DNA of 53,096 bases, taken from a virus. Lineage: Duplodnaviria; Caudoviricetes. The notes beneath the pieces are model-generated. The model worked only from the letters and a program-made list of their open reading frames with translations. It had not been told where the DNA came from and ran no database searches. Where the stretch lies: positions 1 to 53,096 of IMG/VR virus record IMGVR_UViG_3300006428_000052, one strand, 5' to 3'. Shown piece by piece: positions 45,902 through 53,096 of this stretch (positions are counted from its first letter, which is position 1; every line of letters begins with the position of its first letter). Made by a program: the position numbers and the translations under genes.

Positions 45902-47292
45902 GCGGTGGGCTCCTTTCCGTCAGGCGGGAAAATTTTGTCCATCTGCGGATCTGGCGGAAGCTCCTTGAAATCCTTGTCAAACATGCTCCGCTGCGTCCGA
46001 TCCGGCTCCTTTGGCTGATAGTGTGAATCCGGTGCGATCCGGGAAAAGGTCTGGTGGTCACCATCAAACTTAAACCGGACCATATCCAGCGCCTCGCCCT
46101 CTTTGTTCTTGGCGATTCTCAGAATGCGGTTTGAAAGCTTATCGTCATCATTTTCCCGATAGAGGAGCAGCACCACGTCTGCATCCTGCTCAATCTGTCC
46201 GGATGAGCGAAGATCCGACATGCTGGGCGGTCTGGTCTCACCGGTGCGCTTGTCCTTTTCAGGGCGGCTCAGCTGTGAGAGTGCAATCACCGTTGTCTTG
46301 GTTATCCGCCCGAACTGCTGCAGCTCCGTGGATATGGAACTGACCCGATCAAATTCCGTCATACGGGAGCCTCGTGGAGCCGCGCATTTTTGCAGATAGT
46401 CCACAAATACCACGTCGTAGTGGTGGGCCTGACTGTCCGCCTGGATGTCAGACACCGTCATGCCGGCCGCGTCGATGGTATCCACCTGCGGGGCCAGCAG
46501 CTTGTCCTTCAAGGCAAGCAGCTCCGAATAATCCGCCTCTTTCAATTCGTTCCGCTTGATCTTGGTGTAGGACAGCATGGCGGCATTTGCGACATATCGG
46601 TCAAACAGCTTTTCCTTGGTGCTCTCAAAGCTGTAATACCCGACCCGGTGGCCCTTTCCGATCCCGGTTGAAAACTGGCGTGCCAATGCCGTTTTACCGG
46701 CGGAAGGATAGCCGCCCAGCACGATCAGATCGCCGGGCTCCGCAAAGATTCGCTCATCCAACACTGGGACTCCCCAGCTGATATAATCCGGCTTTTTTTC
46801 TCCGTCGTGGCGGTCGAAGAACTGCTCTAGTCCCTGCTCCATGTTGATGCGCTCCACGCCCGGCTTGCTGACGCGCATCTGGAACATCTTGTCTAGGATA
46901 TCCTGCGCATCCTCCAGCGTCATTGCCGTGCTCATCTGGATGCCAAGATCCTGCAGGTGGAGCAGCCCGGAGGACTGTTTCAAAAGGTCTATGTAGACAT
47001 CTACATTGGCAGCTGTAGTCGTCCAATCCATCAGTGCAATAAAGATTTTTTGAAAGTTACCACCTAGTTTTTCGTTGATGATTGTGGGATCAATAGAGGA
47101 GCCCGCTGCAAATAAATTCCGGATTGCATAGAAAATAGTCTGGTACTGCTTCTCTGTGAAATCACTTGCCCGGATCGTCTGCATAACCTGACCAACTGTT
47201 GAAGGATCAATGAGCATGGACCCCAGCACACCCTGCTGAGCATTCATAAGGTTCGTGGAGAGCAGCGCCGAATCCGTCTTAATATCGCTCAT
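45892..47292 (-). CDS. dnaB: DnaB-like replicative helicase
   Basis: GYPSAGKT, VDYLQ, LSQLSR, DLRSSGQIEQDAD, AKNKEG. Confidence 0.95.
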   Translation of the reverse strand: MSDIKTDSALLSTNLMNAQQGVLGSMLIDPSTVGQVMQTIRASDFTEKQYQTIFYAIRNLFAAGSSIDPTIINEKLGGNFQKIFIALMDWTTTAANVDVYIDLLKQSSGLLHLQDLGIQMSTAMTLEDAQDILDKMFQMRVSKPGVERINMEQGLEQFFDRHDGEKKPDYISWGVPVLDERIFAEPGDLIVLGGYPSAGKTALARQFSTGIGKGHRVGYYSFESTKEKLFDRYVANAAMLSYTKIKRNELKEADYSELLALKDKLLAPQVDTIDAAGMTVSDIQADSQAHHYDVVFVDYLQKCAAPRGSRMTEFDRVSSISTELQQFGRITKTTVIALSQLSRPEKDKRTGETRPPSMSDLRSSGQIEQDADVVLLLYRENDDDKLSNRILRIAKNKEGEALDMVRFKFDGDHQTFSRIAPDSHYQPKEPDRTQRSMFDKDFKELPPDPQMDKIFPPDGKEPTACK

Positions 47293-48047
47293 AGGAACCG
47301 CCCTCCCCTCTCAGGCTCTCGGACCTGCTGCCGGGGAATCTCGTCCGGCTTCAGCGGGTAGACCGTAAGCCAGTTGCTTGTGGTGGCCTTCTCCAGCAGG
47401 CGGAGCTTCAATTCTCGGTTCCCGCCTGAGAGTTTGTCCAGCTCACGCAAAATCCCGCTCATGGCCTTGACTGTCTTAACCGGCTTTTTGTTTGCCTTCT
47501 GTCGGTTTTCCAGCAGGCCGAGGATAGCATCCTGCAGTTCCGCATCGCCGTCAGAATACTCGGAAACCCGTTCCAACACCTCCGGGGATATAGGGGTATT
47601 CTTATTATTTTTCTTTTTATTTGTATGGTCATCATTTTTGAGGATACCGTCTAATCTCTTTTGAGGGGACGTATCATCATTTTTGAGTACACCTCCCGAT
47701 GAAGTATCTACAGGGTCTTCAGGAGGGTCTTCTTGGGCCAGCTCCTGCCCGCAAAATATACGTCTCTGGATAATGTCTCCAGCATTACCATACCGGCGAA
47801 TCATCTTCACCCGTACATGGCCAGCCTCTTTCAGCTTAGAGACCAGCCGCGTGATAGTCGGCTCGCTGCACTTGCAAATGTGCATGAAATCTTCATTGCT
47901 GGCATAGCAATAACCGTTTGCATAAGAAAGCCGATAAATTTCACCATATAGCAGTTTCGCTGTAGCGGGTAAGCTGTCGTCATAGAGCACCTTTGCCGGT
48001 ATCAGGGCAAACTGGCCGCCGTTGGTTCTGTCAACAGGCACTGTCAC
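47289..48047 (-). CDS. Phage replication initiator (N-terminal HTH)
   Basis: AKLLYGEI..GYCYASN; internal iterons. Confidence 0.88.
   Translation of the reverse strand: MTVPVDRTNGGQFALIPAKVLYDDSLPATAKLLYGEIYRLSYANGYCYASNEDFMHICKCSEPTITRLVSKLKEAGHVRVKMIRRYGNAGDIIQRRIFCGQELAQEDPPEDPVDTSSGGVLKNDDTSPQKRLDGILKNDDHTNKKKNNKNTPISPEVLERVSEYSDGDAELQDAILGLLENRQKANKKPVKTVKAMSGILRELDKLSGGNRELKLRLLEKATTSNWLTVYPLKPDEIPRQQVREPERGGRFL
47601..47687. other. Probable replication origin within the initiator gene
   Basis: TCATCATTTTTGAG at 47629 and 47674, related CTCTTTTGAGG between them; adjacent AT-rich tract. Confidence 0.7.
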
Positions 48048-48303
48048 TCATCCCCCTCTCACGCATCAGGCGCTCCACCTTCGCATTCCAGGCCGCCGGC
48101 GTCTCGTCCGGCATCTCATAGATCGGCATGGCCGGAAAGCGGCCCAGCGGATCACAGAATGTCCCAACTGCCTGCCACTTGACTGCTTGGCCCACCTGTG
48201 CTAAAATAACAATATCGTCCTCATGTGCTGTTTTTTTGGGCTCATGTGGGTCCCGCTCGGAGGTTGCCGCCTCCGGGCGGTTCTTTTTTTGCGCTGTTTT
48301 CAT
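48031..48303 (-). CDS. Hypothetical phage protein
   Basis: AGGAGG RBS; 90 aa. Confidence 0.65.
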   Translation of the reverse strand: MKTAQKKNRPEAATSERDPHEPKKTAHEDDIVILAQVGQAVKWQAVGTFCDPLGRFPAMPIYEMPDETPAAWNAKVERLMRERGMSDSAC

Positions 48304-48315
48304 GATCTCTCCTCC

Positions 48316-48525
48316 TTATGACATAGCTCTCGCCAGCGTTGCAATGGAAATCCAACAGGTAGCACCCTGGACCCCGCCGCCCTTCATGGGAAACACTTTC
48401 TGCACAGTCTTGGAATCCATGTGCAGCCACTTGGCGATATCCTTTTGCGTCAGAATCTCCCTGCCGGGAAAGGCCGCAATGATGCGCTCCAGATTGTCTC
48501 GGTAGGCTTCCTTTTCTCGCGCCAT
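48316..48525 (-). CDS. Excisionase-like HTH protein
   Basis: MAREKEAYRDNLE..ILTQKDIAKWL. Confidence 0.75.
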   Translation of the reverse strand: MAREKEAYRDNLERIIAAFPGREILTQKDIAKWLHMDSKTVQKVFPMKGGGVQGATCWISIATLARAMS

Positions 48526-48537
48526 ATGTCTCCTCCC

Positions 48538-48989
48538 TTATACGTCCTTGTCCGGCTCCGTGGCCAGCTTGACCTCAGTGCTGGCTTTAATCAGCCCATC
48601 CAGCTCTTTCAGAATTTCATCAAACAGCGGCCGCTCATCCGATGAGATCACACCATCCTCCGCGATCTGGAGCAGCTGTCGGTCTCGGTGCTTCTCGGCA
48701 AACTCCATCACCCGGTTGATCAGCCGGATCGTTGCTGTTGGAAGATCCACTACATCCACATCCGGCACAACCTGAATGTTGTGAGAGGTCAGCCGGGTGT
48801 GCTGGTAGGCCAGATGCAGAGCATTATAAACATGCACATCGCCTCCACCACATCACTGGGCGGGAGCCGGTTATAGGCCTCATAGTCCTTGATTGCTGTC
48901 ACGGATACTCCGATGGCCTCGGCAGCCTTTTCTTGGGTTAAACCGGCCGCAATCCGCGCTGCCTGATAAATATTTGTACTGACCTTCAC
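48538..48989 (-). pseudogene. XRE-HTH regulator split by a 1-bp frameshift
   Basis: HTH frame ..PPSDVVEAMC continues as VYNALHLAYQH..IAEDGVIS in another frame near 48830. Confidence 0.7.
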
Positions 48990-49045
48990 GATGGTTATAA
49001 ACCCTCTTTCTTGGTAAACTAAAGCTACGGGGTAAGATGGGATTG

Positions 49046-49360
49046 TTATGCACTGGCGTTCGGAATCTCTTCCAACATGCCGAATCTGCGAAGCGCATCA
49101 AGATCCAGCCTGTGTGTTTCTCGGGCCTTGATTTCCTCACCATTATCTTCATAGTAAGAATACTCATCCGCCAGTAACACTCTGCCAAAACAAGCGGAAA
49201 GAAAAACTTCATGATAATAACTACCGGCTCGGAAAGTCAGCTTATAGTCCCGGACCCGAAAATACTTTACGAACTCCGTCCTGCGCATGGGCTCGATGTC
49301 CGGCCAGTAGAACTTTGCCAGCGCGTAGAACTTGGACTTGTTGGCAGTGAGTTTCATCAT
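49046..49360 (-). CDS. Hypothetical phage protein
   Basis: AAGGAG RBS before MMKLTANK. Confidence 0.65.
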   Translation of the reverse strand: MMKLTANKSKFYALAKFYWPDIEPMRRTEFVKYFRVRDYKLTFRAGSYYHEVFLSACFGRVLLADEYSYYEDNGEEIKARETHRLDLDALRRFGMLEEIPNASA

Positions 49361-49374
49361 AGACGGCACTCCTT

Positions 49375-49575
49375 TCAAGCACTGGCATCGACGGAACGTC
49401 CAAACAGCGCATCGATGGAACAATTAAGTGCATCTGCTAACATGGGAAGCACTTCTGCGCGTGGCATTGAAGCATTAGACTCCCAATAAGCGATGGTTGA
49501 ACGATCAACCCCAATTTGCCTAGAAAGTTCTTCTTGAGTTAATTTAGCTGCCAGCCGCAGTTCTTTAACTTTCAT
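49375..49575 (-). CDS. Cro-like HTH repressor
   Basis: LTQEELSRQIGVDRSTIAYWE; divergent from cI. Confidence 0.92.
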   Translation of the reverse strand: MKVKELRLAAKLTQEELSRQIGVDRSTIAYWESNASMPRAEVLPMLADALNCSIDALFGRSVDASA

Positions 49576-49596
49576 CGCCGTCTCCTTTCATGGTAT

Positions 49597-49705
49597 TGTG
49601 AAGTTTCTTCACACATTGGATTATAAGTGACGATTCTTCACTTGTCAATATGTAATGTGGATTTTTTTCACATTTCTTGCAATGTGAATCTGTTTCACAT
49701 AGAAT
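49597..49705. promoter_or_regulatory. Lysis/lysogeny switch: four 17-bp operators and two divergent promoters
   Basis: TGTGAA-N5-TTCACA-like sites at 49597, 49626, 49656, 49683; minus TTGACA-17-TATAAT (49648-49620); plus TTGCAA-17-TAGAAT (49677-49705). Confidence 0.9.
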
Positions 49706-49722
49706 AAATTCGAGGTGAAATT

Positions 49723-50337
49723 ATGGAACGATTGAAAATGTTACGGAAGCGCGAGAAGTGGACACAGCAAGAAGTCGCTTCAAAACTTGGAGTTGATAGA
49801 TCCACTTATACAAAGTATGAGACCGGTCAGAGTGAGCCTAATTTCGAAATACTGCAAAAAATTGCTGGGCTATTCGGCGTTTCAACAGATTTCATTCTCA
49901 ACGCAGATGTCAACGAAAAGCCTCATATGCATAAAGGTGTAATGATTCCGGTTCTCGGTGAAGTTGCTGCCGGTATCCCGATTGAAACGGTTGAAAACAT
50001 CCTGGACTATGAAGAGATCAGTAAAGAGATGGCAGCAAAAGGCGATCACTTCGGCCTGCGGCTCCGCGGAGATTCCATGGCTCCCAGAATGTGCGAGGGC
50101 GATGTGGTTATTGTCCGGAAGCAATCAGACGCAAATACCGGAGACATTGCCGTTGTCCTCGTCAATGGAGATAGTGCAACAGTAAAAAATATTCGCAAAG
50201 AGCCGGGCGGGTTATGGCTGATTCCCAATAACCCCGCAGCCTTCCAGCCTAAATTTTTTACTTGCGAAGAATGTACGCAGATACCTGTACAAATTATTGG
50301 CGTGGTAGTTGAGCTCCGCGCAAAGTTCAATTCATAA
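49723..50337 (+). CDS. CI/LexA-like repressor (XRE HTH + S24 peptidase)
   Basis: HTH; VAAG cleavage site; GDSM Ser; ATVK Lys. Confidence 0.95.
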   Translation: MERLKMLRKREKWTQQEVASKLGVDRSTYTKYETGQSEPNFEILQKIAGLFGVSTDFILNADVNEKPHMHKGVMIPVLGEVAAGIPIETVENILDYEEISKEMAAKGDHFGLRLRGDSMAPRMCEGDVVIVRKQSDANTGDIAVVLVNGDSATVKNIRKEPGGLWLIPNNPAAFQPKFFTCEECTQIPVQIIGVVVELRAKFNS

Positions 50338-50341
50338 AAAA

Positions 50342-50358
50342 GTGTCCGAATCGGACAC
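50342..50358. repeat. Dispersed 17-bp palindrome, copy 5
   Basis: GTGTCCGAATCGGACAC, intergenic. Confidence 0.95.
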
Positions 50359-50378
50359 TAAAATGGGAGGGCGTAAAG

Positions 50379-51467
50379 ATGGATTTTATTGATCAACTCA
50401 AGCAATTTTCAAAGCGAGTAGAGTCACTCCAAGAGACTGTTCTGACCGAAGAAGCTACAAAAACGGCAATCATCATGCCGTTTTTTGCGATGCTTGGCTA
50501 TGACGTATTTAATCCCCAAGAGTTCGTCCCAGAGTTTACAGCAGACGTTGGGATTAAGAAGGGCGAAAAGGTTGACTATGCCATTATGAAAGATGGCGCG
50601 CCCGTAATTTTAGTTGAATGCAAGGCTGCGTCGGAAAAACTGGACAAGCATGATTCGCAATTGTTCCGGTACTTTGGAACGACCACGGCTAAGTTTGCAA
50701 TCCTTACGAACGGTATTTTCTATCGATTTTATACAGATCTAGAAAGCGCCAACAAAATGGACGATGACCCATTCCTGACTGTTAATATCCTGGACATCCG
50801 TGACAATCAGGTGCCGGAACTTAAAAAGTTCTGCAAGTCTGAATTCGACATTGATTCTATTTCCAGCACAGCGTCGGATCTGAAATATGTTCATGCGTTC
50901 AAAGAAATCTTCAAAACACAGTTGGATGGTCCTTCCGACGACTTCACAAAACTGTTCCTGCAGTCCTGTTATTCTGGGCAAAAGACGCAAAACGTGATTG
51001 AACGGTTTCGCCCGATTCTTCGCAAGGCCCTCAATGATCTTGTCAGCGAAATGATGAACGACAAGATTAAGACGGCCTTGGGTGGCTCAGGTGGAAGCGT
51101 GTCCGTAATTGAGCCGAAGCCGGCACAGGAACCGCAGGAAGAACCGGCGGAAGGTGAACCAGAAAAGCGAGTTCCCAATATCGTTACGACGGAGGAAGAA
51201 CTGGAAGCATATTTCATCATCAAAAATATGCTGAGTGGGATTGCCGACATCCATGATATTACGTACAAAGATACTGAATCGTATATTAATATCCTATATA
51301 AGGGAAATACCCGCAAATGGATCTGCCGTTTACGGCTGGCGGATAGCTTAAAAACCCTTATTGTTCCGGATGAAAATAAAAAAGAGACAAAATATCAGTT
51401 GCAGGATATATACGATCTCAGCCAGTACCGTGACGCTTTAACTGAAGTCTTGAGCAGATATCTTTAA
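50379..51467 (+). CDS. Stand-alone HsdR N-terminal-like (PD-(D/E)xK) nuclease protein
   Basis: TEEATK, KVDYAI..ILVECK, QLFRYF, ILTNG. Confidence 0.88.
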   Translation: MDFIDQLKQFSKRVESLQETVLTEEATKTAIIMPFFAMLGYDVFNPQEFVPEFTADVGIKKGEKVDYAIMKDGAPVILVECKAASEKLDKHDSQLFRYFGTTTAKFAILTNGIFYRFYTDLESANKMDDDPFLTVNILDIRDNQVPELKKFCKSEFDIDSISSTASDLKYVHAFKEIFKTQLDGPSDDFTKLFLQSCYSGQKTQNVIERFRPILRKALNDLVSEMMNDKIKTALGGSGGSVSVIEPKPAQEPQEEPAEGEPEKRVPNIVTTEEELEAYFIIKNMLSGIADIHDITYKDTESYINILYKGNTRKWICRLRLADSLKTLIVPDENKKETKYQLQDIYDLSQYRDALTEVLSRYL

Positions 51468-51476
51468 TGCAGTGTG

Positions 51477-51493
51477 GTGTCCGATTAGGACAC
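51477..51493. repeat. Dispersed palindrome, copy 6 (one mismatch)
   Basis: GTGTCCGATTAGGACAC, intergenic. Confidence 0.85.
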
Positions 51494-51506
51494 AAAAGGA
51501 GAAAAA

Positions 51507-52016
51507 ATGCATAGATTGCTTACCATCACTACCGTAATTATGATGCTGGTGGGCATTACCGCCTGTGGCAGTTCCAAGTCCGATGTCTCAGTGGATAACG
51601 GGGCCTTTACCTGCACACCGCAAGAGTTGATCGACAGCATTAATGCCACCGTAAAAGCAGCGAACAACGATGAATTATATGCTATCGGGGATTTTGCGGG
51701 CGACGGTGAGGAGTTGCAGATATCCGGAACGGCATTGACTCTTACGCTTGACCAAAATGGTGACGGAAATCTACAGCACGTAAAGCTATACTGGTACTCA
51801 GGCGATGGAAGTGGGAATGTGCTTGCTTCGGCTGGCTACTATATGCAGGCTATTTTAAATCAGTTGACGCCTTCTGATGCCACAGATATCGGTAACAGTA
51901 TTCAGAGCGCCTTTACCTCCGGAGGGAAAATTGAGCGCCAGTCTGGAGATGTAAAAGTAACCTATGGTGCATTTGGTGCCGGCGGAAATGAAATGGACGT
52001 CTCAATTGTTTCTTAA
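51507..52016 (+). CDS. Lipoprotein
   Basis: Signal peptide with lipobox ITAC. Confidence 0.8.
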   Translation: MHRLLTITTVIMMLVGITACGSSKSDVSVDNGAFTCTPQELIDSINATVKAANNDELYAIGDFAGDGEELQISGTALTLTLDQNGDGNLQHVKLYWYSGDGSGNVLASAGYYMQAILNQLTPSDATDIGNSIQSAFTSGGKIERQSGDVKVTYGAFGAGGNEMDVSIVS

Positions 52017-52017
52017 T

Positions 52018-52046
52018 AAAAAGAGCCGCCCACGCCGGGCGGCTCT
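52018..52046. terminator. Hairpin upstream of the integrase (terminator-like on minus strand)
   Basis: AAAAAGAGCCGCCC-ACGCC-GGGCGGCTCT. Confidence 0.6.
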
Positions 52047-52064
52047 ACTCACAGGAGGAACTCT

Positions 52065-53096
52065 ATGAAAAAGCGTGAGGATGGGCGCTATATATCGAAT
52101 ATCACCATCACGGACGCCAGCGGGAAAAAGAAGCGAAAGTCCTTCTATGGAAAATCTCCACAGGAAGTTCGCCGCAAACTTCTGGCCTTTACAGGGGAGC
52201 AGCAGCGGGGGAGAACAGTAAAAGAAATCTGTGGGGACTGGCAGACGGAAACCGAGGATTCAATTCGCTATAATACTCAGGTCTGCTATAAAAAGCCCAT
52301 TGAAGATGTCCTGGAGGCATTTGGGGATACGCCGATCCGGCAGATTACTACGCTGCAGATAGAAGCCTTCCTGCGCAGCATCGCAAAGAAAGGGTTTGCG
52401 AAACAAACGGTAAAAGTACGGCTGATCGTCATGAACCAAATCTGCAAATATGGGCTGAGGCACGGAGACCTTGACACAAACCCGGCCGCTTCGGCAGAGC
52501 TCCCTGCAGGCCTGACAGCGCAGAAGCGCCAGATCGCCCCGGATGATGTGCTCAAGAAAATTGATATGCTTCCGGCAAAAGGTTTTAATCTGTTTCCTAT
52601 CCTGCTCCATTACGCTGGCTGTCGGCGCGGTGAAGCGCTGGCACTAACCTGGGAGGACATCGACCTGAAAAGCCGCCTGATCCACATTAACAAGGCCGTG
52701 GAGTATCATGGCAATGTCGGAAAGATCGTCCCACGAACAAAGTCAGAGGCCGGTATGCGTGATATTATCATCCGCAAAAAACTGATGGACAAGATTCCAA
52801 AGCGAAGGAAAACCGGTTTGTTATTTCCGGGCAAAGACGGTGGAATTATGACCAAAGGCGAATTTATCGAATGGTGGGGCGGCTTAAATCTTGGCGTCAC
52901 TCCGCACCAGCTGCGGCATGCTTATGTGACAGATCTATATGAGGCCGGAGTGGATGCCGAGGTTGCTATGACGCAGACCGGGCACTCCGATATTAAGACG
53001 ATGCGCGGAATTTATACTCACATCCGGAACAGCCAAAAAGAAAAAGCCACTGCTCTGCTGGACAATTACGATTCAGGCCCAGATAAAAAGCAGTGA
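52065..53096 (+). CDS. int: Tyrosine integrase
   Basis: GCRRGEALAL, TKS, HQLRH, GHS, IYTH; AGGAGG RBS. Confidence 0.95.
   Translation: MKKREDGRYISNITITDASGKKKRKSFYGKSPQEVRRKLLAFTGEQQRGRTVKEICGDWQTETEDSIRYNTQVCYKKPIEDVLEAFGDTPIRQITTLQIEAFLRSIAKKGFAKQTVKVRLIVMNQICKYGLRHGDLDTNPAASAELPAGLTAQKRQIAPDDVLKKIDMLPAKGFNLFPILLHYAGCRRGEALALTWEDIDLKSRLIHINKAVEYHGNVGKIVPRTKSEAGMRDIIIRKKLMDKIPKRRKTGLLFPGKDGGIMTKGEFIEWWGGLNLGVTPHQLRHAYVTDLYEAGVDAEVAMTQTGHSDIKTMRGIYTHIRNSQKEKATALLDNYDSGPDKKQ

Larger units (their letters stand above)
14215..53096. mobile_element. Temperate prophage (HK97-type head, contractile tail) integrated in tRNA-Ser
   Basis: Full module order int-cI/cro-replication-packaging-head-tail-lysis; att fragment at left; arm-like repeats ATGACTGCAA/TTGACTACAG at 14313-14333. 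Confidence 0.95.

Noticed and set aside
23070-51493. Palindrome copies as CRISPR repeats or terminators
   Set aside because: Kilobases apart, no spacer array, no cas genes, mostly no T-run

Overview
Clostridia-like (probably Oscillospiraceae-type; inferred from gene content only) chromosomal window with stacked mobile elements at a tRNA-Ser(GGA) locus. 1-10.4 kb: minus-strand defence operon of an HTH regulator, a PLD-like/SNF2 helicase, DUF4391, type III Mod and Res, with two AT-rich membrane-protein genes inserted between the core genes. 10.7-14.2 kb: decayed island bounded by tRNA 3'-end repeats. It holds three integrase relics, a Phd/YefM relic and an intact chemoreceptor (MCP). 14.2-53.1 kb: nearly complete temperate prophage with an HK97-type head, Xkd-like contractile tail, lysis, replication, ParA/DUF3102, cI/cro switch and integrase. 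Its other att site should lie just beyond the right edge. Most notable unexplained structures: (i) two tandem homologous ~95-nt three-way-junction RNAs between the predicted cos region and terS, whose variable loops are exact antisense copies of SD+ATG translation-initiation regions; (ii) an (AC)10 leader peptide and RBS-hiding hairpin positioned to phase-vary an alternative tail-tip paralog; (iii) six dispersed copies of a 17-bp palindrome GTGTCCGAWTCGGACAC; (iv) a late promoter, TGAGCC repeats and terminator embedded in a Zn-ribbon gene; (v) a ParB-N/HTH/Zn-finger moron flanked by a duplicated endolysin 3' end. All family calls come from motif recognition, not database searches.
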